Made by a program: the position numbers and the translations under genes. The notes below the pieces were generated by a model. The model was not told the origin of the DNA. It saw only the letters and a list, made by a program, of their open reading frames with translations, and did not search any database. A stretch of 63,473 nucleotides of DNA, filler included, from Octopus bimaculoides (lineage: Eukaryota), in the NCBI RefSeq assembly GCF_001194135.2. It is 8 parts of 7 records of this genome, joined end to end, with 100 filler letters (N's around TTAATTAATTAA, not from the genome) between each part and the next. Parts side by side here need not be neighbours in the genome. Positions count along the whole stretch, not along the records: positions 1 to 16,937 come from NC_069008.1; 7 more parts are not named here. One strand, 5' to 3'. The number at the start of each line of letters is the position of its first letter. Position 1 is the stretch's first letter. Shown here piece by piece: positions 1-10,923 of this stretch.

Positions 1-31
<31 letters not shown>

Positions 32-130
32 ACACACACACACACACACACGTACGTACATGTCAACACACCTGTAGATGCAGTTAATTAACACCACTGG
101 CCCCCCCTTCTTTTTTTTTCCTCTTTGAAG

Positions 131-208
131 ATCTGAAGAATGGAATGGATTGACAGAAGAAGAGAGAAAACGGACGAATCTGGAAGTGAAGGACGATGGA
201 GAATTCTG
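131..208 (+). CDS. Calpain exon (78 nt), end of protease core: SEEWNGLTEEERKRTNLEVKDDGEF(W)
   Basis: ttcctctttgaag acceptor, gtaaag donor; DDGEFW motif. Missed by the ORF track. Confidence 0.92.
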
Positions 209-2557
209 GTAAAGATTGCCTTCGTTTTGATGTTGTTGTTGTTGGTGTTGCTGTCTTTGCTGCTGCTATTACTGTAGCAGCAGCAGCAGCAGTTACTACT
301 TCCGTAGTGGATGTTCTTGTTTGTGTCACTGCTGCTTTTACTTCCATTGTTCTTTTAAACCTCCAACTACTCCTCCAGATCAAATTCTCCTCCCCACCAG
401 TAACCCCCTCTTCCTCCCTCCTTCCCTCCCTCCCTCACTCGCTCACTCTCTCTTTCTCTCTTCACAGGATGGACTTCAATGATTTCCTGAAGAACTTCTC
501 TGTTATCGAGATGTGTCACGTCGATCCATTTACAATAACCAGCTTTGAGGTCAGTCACACACAACTAACAGCATACATGCATACATATATACATACATAC
601 ATACATACATACAGGAATACCTCACTTTAAGAGGAATCTGCTTTACGAGACTCCGCGTTTACGAGTTTTATTGTTGAAACACAAGATCCAAGTCTTGAAC
701 TCCATCTTACCAGAACAAATGTCTCTGCATGTTACCAAGACATTTATAGAAAGCAACAAAGAACCTTCTTCTGAGCGAACAACTCTAGACTTGTTTGTAA
801 AAAGTCATCTACAAGTCCTTCTACGAATGCTTGTGAATCGCTGACCACGTCTACAAGTAATGGTGAGGGTGAGTCCATTGTGAGTGAAAGGGATTCAGAA
901 AACGATTATAAGAATAATTTTTTTCATCATGAAGGATCTTGACTTTCTTTTTGTTTTCCATAAAATATTTTTGACATATAGGTGCAGGAGTGGCTGTGTG
1001 GTAAGTAGCTTGCTTCCCAACCACATGGTTCTGGGTTCAGTCCCACTGCGTGGCACCATGGGCAAGTGTCTTCTACTATAGCCTCGGGCCAACTAAAGCC
1101 TTGTGAGTGGATTTGGTAGACGGAAACTGAAAGAAGCCCGTTGTATATATATGCATATATATATATATGTGTGTGTGTATATGCTTGCATGTCTGTTCCC
1201 CCCCCCCCAGCATCGTTTGACAACCGATGGTGGTGTGTTTACGTCCCCGTCACTTAGCAGTTTGGCAAAAGAGACCCATACAATAAGTACTAGGCTTACA
1301 AAGAATAAGTCCTAGGGTCGATTTGCTCGACTAAAGGTGGTGCTCCAGCATGGCCACAGTCAAATGACTGAAACAAGTAAAAGAGTAAAAGAGTATTCCG
1401 ATGTTGTTTAATTGCCATTTACTAACAAGTTTTGTGGATTTTAACGATGAAATATTTTGTCTGGGAACAAATTACAATTTATTGCTACTATGAGAAATTA
1501 TTGCTCTGTTCTATGAGTTTTTGCTTCACGAGTGGTTCCGGGAACACATTAACGCACATATCAAAGCATACCTGTAAACACACACACACACAAACTAAAT
1601 GCAAAAGAAATAGACAGAGAAAAATCCCAGCAAAGGTTGAGAAGCTCAGGACTCAAAGCAGAGACTGAAGGATATTTTAATTGCTGCCCAAGACCAAAGC
1701 CTCTCGACCAGAAATTACCAAAAACATATAAGGAAAAGAAACATAACAAGAAAGTGCAGAATATGCGGAGATGGAGAAGAAACAATGAACCATGACAGGA
1801 AAGTTGAGCAGAGATCTGCATCAAATTTCATCAAAAGCTTGGCAATACCTGCTCTGAGGTGTACGCATAACGATGCATACACACACACACACATTATTAT
1901 CCTTGTTGTTGTTGTTGTTGTTGTGGCTGTTCTTATTGTTGTTGTTGTTGTTGCATTGACAGGGAACAGAGGAGAAAACATCAGCAAGGAAATGGCACAC
2001 ATTCCGGGAAGATGGCCAATGGCTCAAGAAGATCACATCTGGTGGTAATGACAATTCTAAAGGTGAGGACAGGCCCACCTTGGGTTACTTCATTTAATGA
2101 GCCCTTCCTTGTTGTTGTTGTTGTTTAGCCTCAAGTCACTCCTGATACAACAGTCAGTCTTTATAACTGGTTTAGCCAATCATCCTCAGCAGCAGCAGCT
2201 TTTAATGTCCGTTTTCCATATTGGAATGGCTTGAGCAGTTTCATTGTTTGTTCTGGTATGATTTCTTTGGTTGAAGGTTCTTCCAAATGCCAACCAACTC
2301 CACAGAGTGGAGTTGGTTGTTTTTTATGTGGTAGCAGCATCCCTACCAATTCCGCTGTGGTAAATGGCTCCTCGTGAGTACAGCAAAACGCCTGAGGGCT
2401 TAATCCTCACTCATCTCTTTCGTAGGGTTCTGTGCCTAGAGATTGGCCCTCAACACTTCGTCCCGTGTCTTCCTGGGTTTCCCTTTTCCACAAGTGTTAC
2501 CCACTTGATCGGCACTTCCATACACAACTCTCTACATCCATACGCATGCCCATATAA

Positions 2558-2605
<48 letters not shown>

Positions 2606-4418
2606 GAAAGACGAAAGCTAACGAGATCCTAAAGACCTAATAATAGTTATGTATGTGTTTTTTCGCGTTTTGTTCGAAAGGTAACCACTCCTGAAGAAGT
2701 GCCAAATGTCTAAATCCAATGGACCAGTCACTGGATAAGTTTGGCACAGAAATGTTAACATAGAGTGGTGAATAAATCGATATATCGAATTTGAAGTCTC
2801 TGTCTCTTTTGAATATGAAAATTTAAAAGTTAAAAACCTTATAATATAAATATAAACTGTGAGAACGACCCTTAAGGAATCTAGTTAATGATCTCCTAAG
2901 GTAAGTTCTTATGCTATATTGGTAACGGTTGATACATCCTCTGGGAAAATTATATATATATATATATATATAAAGAGACAGACAGACAGACAGAGATAGC
3001 ATCATCATGTTTTTTTTTAGCATGCATGTTTGTATGATTGCATGAGTCAGACAATATGTATGTGAGTGTGTACATAGATATTCATGTGAACTACTACTAC
3101 CACTATTACTACTGCTGCTGCCACTACTACTACTACTACTACTGTTGCTACGTTATTATTATGCACCTCAGATATCTACTGGAAGAATCCTCAGTACCTG
3201 TTGGAGATCCGTGAGGGTGAGGGTGATGTCCGGACAGTGATATCCCTGATGCATCGGCTAATGCACCAAAGTGTTAGTATCGGCGTACACCTGTACAAGG
3301 TCAGTCACTCTTACCCTAACCTTAACCCTAACCCTAACCCCTTCTTTACTGCTCCTCTCTATTCCTTTCTACTTCTTTTAACAAATATAATAAATTGTCT
3401 TTACAACAACAGCAACAACAATAATAATTATCTTTTCTATAATAGACACAAAGTCTGAAATTTGCAGAGAGGGAGATAAGCTGATCACTTTGGCCCCAGT
3501 ACTTGACTGGTACATAACGTTTTATAAGGCTGAGTGGAATTTAAACTCAGAACGGTAAAGATGGAAGAAATGCCGCTAAGCATTTTGTCCGATGTGCTAA
3601 CAGTTCTGCCAACTCAACGCCTCACAATAATTATAATAACAATATCAGTCGCTGGCACTCACAGTTTCGGATCTTAACTGATTGGAAGTGTTATCATGTA
3701 CGTCATTTTGTGTTGGCATAAAAAGATGGCCTACAGAAAATATTCTGCTTAATACCACAGACTTGCTTTTTATTTTGCCCCCTTCTCAGTCCCCTTGCAG
3801 ATAGCTTGAGTTTTGGCATCACTGCACCCACTGCTTTTCTTGTAAACTAAAACAAGGACGTTTATACCTGTGAACGGTTAACGATCCTTTTCAGGGCTCT
3901 TGTGAGAACAATAAACATGGACCTTTTCAAGGCTACTTTACGTTCAATTGTTGCACCCCCTGAAATACTCTCGTGGCTTCTCCAGGGCTTTTCACCCTGT
4001 GGTTACTACTTTATTTATGGTCTATGGGGGAAATCACTTCTTCCTCAATGTCAATGTTTGCAGCTTAGTGCAAAAGAAATATTCAAAGAGATGGACACCG
4101 AAACAAATGGAAGAACCTATTAAGACCATTGCCAAGCATTTAATACCCGAGCAACGCCGGGTAATCTTGCTAGTATATATANNNNNNNNNNNNNNNNNNN
4201 NNNNNNNNNNNNNNNNNNNNNNNNNNNNNNNNNNNNNNNNNNNNNNNNNNNNNNNNNNNNNNNNNNNNNNNNNNNNNNNNNNNNNNNNNNNNNNNNNNNN
4301 NNNNNNNNNNNNNNNNNNNNNNNNNNNNNNNNNNNNNNNNNNNNNNNNNNNNNNNNNNNNNNNNNNNNNNNNNNNNNNNNNNNNNNNNNNNNNNNNNNNN
4401 NNNNNNNNNNNNNNNNNN

Positions 4419-4468
<50 letters not shown>

Positions 4469-5223
4469 ATGTATATTTATGCATGGATTGATGTATATAT
4501 ATGTATGTGTGTGTGTGCACGTGTGTATGTGAGTGTGTAAATACATATATATGTGTGTATGATAATGGTGATGGTGGTAGTTGTGATCATGATGATGATG
4601 ATGATGACGACGATGATGACGATTTTACAATCTCCATTCGGCAGCTGAACCCTGGCTACCCGACCCCTCTCCCAGAGAAGTTTGATGAATACGCTACGCA
4701 AATGGAAACGGAAATGAAGGAACATGTCAGCCGGGAGACGACGTTTGGCGTGACTCTTGTGCCTGGTTCCTATGTCATTGTTCCCTTCATCGAGGAGAAC
4801 ACGTCTTCAGAGTTCATTCTTCGAGTCTTCACAGAGACGGCAGTTAAGATCAGGTGATTGTTATGTTATCTCTTTCTCTACCTGTCCTGTCTGTCACCTT
4901 AACACCCTTCCAACACACACACATATGTATAAACACAGCTATATACACATGCACACATACACTTGTGTGTGTATATATATAAATATATATATATATAGCA
5001 TAATATAATATAATATACACATATATAATTAATATCAGGGTGATAAAGAATTTTTAGAAATTTCTACTACCAGTGACCTAGCATGTAAAAAATTAGTCTA
5101 TAGACTATATATTATTCATATGAACACAGTGTAAATTTAAACACATAAGAGGGATCCTATGATGGATACCTCTTATGTGTTTAAATGTATTTATATATAC
5201 ATATATATATAGATATATATGTA

Positions 5224-5286
<63 letters not shown>

Positions 5287-5877
5287 GTTTATATATTGGG
5301 TTGGTGCATAATTATTGTGGGTTTTTTTCAACAAATTTTATTCAACAAAAACAATAACATGTAACAAAAAAACATCTTTAAATGATTGTTCTGGAGCATA
5401 TTCACCATCCACTTCAATTAATGTTTCCCGTTTGCTTGGCAGACGGTCAGACCGTCATTTAAAGATGTTTTTGTTAAATATTGTTATTGTTTTTGTTGAG
5501 TAAAATTTGTTGAAAAAAGAAAACCGCAATAATTATGCACCAGCCCAATATATGTGCGTGTGTGTATGTATGTATTTGTATGCCTGTGCATTTGTGTGTG
5601 TGTGTGTGTGTGCATGTATGTGTATGTATGTATGTATGTATGTTTATGTATGATGCTGTCAGTATATTTCTGTACGTATCTTTACCTTCGTTTAGGAATG
5701 TCTAAATCCTTCTCTTTCAATGTCCATTGCAGGTCCCTCGATGATGTGGAGACAGTCGATCCGGTAAGGTTGCATCATTGCACTTCTTGTTTGTACACGA
5801 TAGCAATTTCATAGACCCGACCCTTGGTTTTTTTTACTATTTAAGGAACTGATTCACTTGAATACACGCTTACAAAC

Positions 5878-5935
<58 letters not shown>

Positions 5936-6604
5936 GCGTATATATACACACAGACACATGTATGCACACAATTGCAGCCGTATATTGCAGAGTGATGCAA
6001 TGGAATGTAAGATGTGTAACGGATCTGTTTTACTTTCCTCAAGTCTGTGCGCCGTTGTCTCACTTCTGCACCAATATTCTTTCTGTTACAGGAGACAGTT
6101 GACGAAATTGCAAAGATCAGAGAAGACCTCCTTGCCAGCATCTTTGAGAAGAACACTCCCTCATCAAAGGTGGATGCGCGCCAGTTGAGAAGGGTATTGA
6201 ATACCGTGTGGAGGATAGGTAAGCTCAGGGGTCTGTCTGTTTGTCACCACGTCTGTGGAGTGATGATGAGATATTGTAATCATCATCATCGTCATCAGTG
6301 TAACCATCGTCATCATTGTCATTGTTGTCGTCATCGTCATCGTCATCATCATCATCGTTGTCGTCGTCATTGTTGTCATCATTCTTCCTTTAATACCAAA
6401 CTTTACATTCTTGAATCAGATTTCCAACAGCTGGACGCCCTTCTTGGCCCCAACCCTCCCCAGCAAGGGAAATACAATTCACAGTCCTTGCATTCATTTC
6501 AAACGCTACCAGCTGCAAGCATGGGATTCCCCGTTCTCCGATTAGACCCAGAAGAGTTCTTATGATCTAAAAGAATCCCTTGTTCCCTCTCTTATGTATA
6601 CGTA

Positions 6605-6640
<36 letters not shown>

Positions 6641-6835
6641 CAATTCAAATAAACGGATAAAAAAACGAAAAGAAAGAAGAAAAACAACGAACGTGAGAAC
6701 GTGCACAAGAAGTATATTAGCTTGACGCTCGGTGAAAGGAGAGAGAGTTTCACATTTCGAACATAGCTCCTCATCGGAAAGGAGAAAGAGAAACGCCCAA
6801 AGGAAGAGGAGAAGAAATCACCAACGGACTACGTG

Positions 6836-6866
<31 letters not shown>

Positions 6867-7638
6867 GCATGCTCACACACACGTCATGTATATTCTACTT
6901 TTATGATTGACAGGGTTCTTGTTAGCAAAGTAAAGCGTTTTTCTTGTTTTCTTTCCAGACAAACAGACAACACCTGATATATTTTCTCTGGAGACTTGCC
7001 GCTGCCTTATTGAGAGATATAATGTATCCTTTCGATGGTGATGGTCATAAGTCATTGTTTTGGTTGTCGTTATTCAACACGTTCATAACATGATGCATAC
7101 ACACAAAGAGGATACACACACACACACACACCATCACATACTATCTCCTACCACCACAACCACCTTACACCACCACCACACAGCAAAACAATAACCTTTA
7201 ATATATCCCATAATCCACTTGTTGACCTTGACCTTAGCTTTTCTCACCAGAAATCACGTGATGGATTACTGACTCTGGATGACACAAAGGAATGCTGGGA
7301 CTTTGTGAACCTTTGTCAGGTGACCATTTTGATTGGCCAATTAATTCTTTTTTGTATAATAAAAAAAAAACCATGTTTCATTTAAGTAAATAAGAAACCA
7401 AAAATAAACAATGTGAAAATTGAAATAAGATATGGCAGTTGGCAATCTAAAGTGATAAGGAAATGTAAAATAGAAGTAAAAAACGGGAAATAAACGAAAG
7501 TAAGGGGCGAGTAACTCAGGTGTCCAGAAGGATAGATTATTGTTATCTCCCTTAGGAATTCAAGTAGGTTTCTTAGAAAGTAGATTGATATCGACTCGAC
7601 AAATGGAAAACATTTGCGTACACGCTTCCACACGCATA

Positions 7639-7670
<32 letters not shown>

Positions 7671-10014
7671 AGTAGTGTTAGGGGTTGGAATAACTGTCTG
7701 AGGGATAAGAATATCCGTAATTTCTACCGGTATAAATTACCTTTGACGAATCCTGTTATACTTAAGTATCGGTTTTATTTTCTTATTATTTATACACCCT
7801 GGCACCCCTAAAGAAAGATTAACCCACCAATTATTTTTCTAGTTTATTCATTTGCTCATCGACTTCAAGCTTGACACTGCAAAATGGTATGATTCTTATT
7901 TATTAAGGGTCCTTTTCTCATCCTGAAGCCCTGTCCTTTCCTCTTCCCTCTTCTTTTCTTTTATGTATTTGTCTTCACTCTGATGAAACTCCATCTACCA
8001 GATTGGATGTGCTATAAAAGATGACAAATATTGTTCTCATAATTTTCTATGATGGCACTGACTGACATTGGTAGCAGAAACGGCTGTAAGCTATGTTAAG
8101 TTTTGTATTAGAAACTAACAACTGATGCTAGTCAATTTGTTTGTTGATCAAAAGTTTTCTTCATTTTCTGCTTATATTATGTATGTATATATATATAGAC
8201 GACACATGGACTAGCGATTAGAGTGTTGCATTCACGATCGTGTGATCACAGTTTCAATTCCTAGAGCGTGCGGTTTGTAGTTTTCTTGAAACAAATACTA
8301 CATTTCACGCTGTTCTACGACCACTTCGAAATGAGACGGGTGGCACATTTGAGCACCCGTACAGGCAATGTTGATTTGATGGAGGGAGGACGTTTTATAC
8401 GTAACACAAACGTTTTGAGTGCTACAAAGCAAGAAATTGCTGAACCACATTACAAGTAAGTGTTTAAGTGAAGGTGACGGCCTTTGTGTGTTTCAGGATG
8501 ACTTGTGTCTTCCATGTTGAAAACATTTTGGCTTCAACTTACGATCTCAGATCAAAATACCATGCATCGACATCTGTGTGTGTCTGTGTGCCTGTGTGTG
8601 CGTGCGTGTGTGTGATATCACATTCTCATGCTCTATTCTTTACCCTTTTTTCTTCTACTTTTTTCTCTTTCAGAGACACTTCCATGCCTGTGATTTCGAC
8701 GATTCTGGGACGGTGGATATTAATGAACTGTTGCCTTATTATGACATTTCCCGTAACTATTTACTATTTTGCTTCTTTTCAAATGCCTTGTGTGTCAGGT
8801 ATATACATACAGACACATACACACACACACACACATATACAGAGAGAGATATATATAGACACACACATATGACCTCGGGAACACTGTGCCTAGCCAAAAT
8901 CGTCTGCACAGTCTGCACTAAATGGGCAGGTGCGTTGTCATGGTATGATTGCCACTCACTGGAAGCATGTAATTGTGGCCTTTTCCGACGAATAGCATCC
9001 CGCAAAGGCCGCAAAACGTAACGGTGGTACCCCTTGTTTATTGTCTGACCAGGTGGAACAGACTCGTGATGAACAATCCCCTTGTAGTCGAAGAAAACGG
9101 TCAACAGTTCACGTTGCTTCAGTCTCGGAGAGGCTGGAGTCTTCTACCACGAAGACTGAGCCCTTTTTTTCGGCGTCATACCCATAGACCCACGATTCAT
9201 CACCCGTTATGATTGTTTTCAAAAAGTTTTCATCGTTCTCAACACAATCAAAGAGATCTTGTGCATCTGAAANNNNNNNNNNNNNNNNNNNNNNNNNNNN
9301 NNNNNNNNNNNNNNNNNNNNNNNNNNNNNNNNNNNNNNNNNNNNNNNNNNNNNNNNNNNNNNNNNNNNNNNNNNNNNNNNNNNNNNNNNNNNNNNNNNNN
9401 NNNNNNNNNNNNNNNNNNNNNNNNNNNNNNNNNNNNNNNNNNNNNNNNNNNNNNNNNNNNNNNNNNNNNNNNNNNNNNNNNNNNNNNNNNNNNNNNNNNN
9501 NNNNNNNNNNNNNNNNNNNNNNNNNNNNNNNNNNNNNNNNNNNNNNNNNNNNNNNNNNNNNNNNNNNNNNNNNNNNNNNNNNNNNNNNNNNNNNNNNNNN
9601 NNNNNNNNNNNNNNNNNNNNNNNNNNNNNNNNNNNNNNNNNNNNNNNNNNGAATTGTTATTTCCCTTGAGTGGACCTTGATATTTTTCAAGTATTTGCAT
9701 TCACTTCAGATTAAATGCATTACACGAGAACATTCATGCAACAGACCAGCAGCCTAATAGCATGTCTGCATGTTAATACACCATGTATCCATCTCTTTAC
9801 AGACGGTAAACTTAATAAATGTGTTGCAGTCAACATTTGTATCAGATACGCTGATCAGAAAGGCCGTATGTTCTTCGATGATTTCTGCCAGAGCCTTGCA
9901 CGTTTAAGGACGCTCACCAGTAAGTTGTCTCCTCTGCTATTTATCCAACTTCTTCTGTCTGTCTCTCTTTCTTGCTCTATCTATCTATCTCTCTATTCAT
10001 ATACATACATATGT

Positions 10015-10056
<42 letters not shown>

Positions 10057-10511
10057 ATTAATTGAAGAGGAATGTAAAAATACATTACGAAGGATATATC
10101 ATAAACAATTCCTATCAATGGCCAAACATGTAATCATAAACTTCATATAAGAAATATGTATAATTATGAATAAATCACAATTATAATTAAGAAGGGTGCA
10201 AAATCGATGATGCAGATGTGTCTTTTTGAGTGATAAATAAATTTTTTTTTAAATGACTATTCCGCAAAATATCTTCTCAGTTTGTGTATAGAAAAGCAAC
10301 AACCTAAAGGATATAGCTTCATTTATGCAGAAGATCAATAATAAAAAGAATAACAGCTGGAAACAAAGAAATGGAGACACAATACAGCGACAAAAAAGCA
10401 TAAAATATAAACATTAATGGATATGGATTATAAACGCCCTCGCGTAGCTGGTATGGCGCATGTACAGAGGTGCATACAATCATCCAAGAAGATGCTTCAT
10501 TGTCTTTGATG

Positions 10512-10543
<32 letters not shown>

Positions 10544-10881
10544 CGTTGACTTTCTGTTCCAGAAATATATTTGAAACATTGTGGTGATGACGTGACCTTC
10601 ACTTCGGTAAGTGTGTGTCTCCACATTATCAACATCATCGTTATCATCATCACCATCATCAACATTATCACCAGCATCATGACCATCATCATCATCATCA
10701 TCATCAACACCATTGTCACCATCATAATCACCATCACCACCATTACCACAACCATCATCATCAGCGTTAAAGGCTTCTTCAAGTTTCCTCTGAACATCAA
10801 ACCTTATTTACTGTTCCCTCAACTGTCACTGTCTCTCTCTCTTTTTTTGTATTTTCGTAGACTTTTGGACTACACACATGT

Positions 10882-10923
<42 letters not shown>

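Noticed and set aside
2780-2950. Possible Penelope RT peptide on the minus strand next to the intronic hammerhead
   Set aside because: Several stops and only vague similarity; more likely a non-coding tail.
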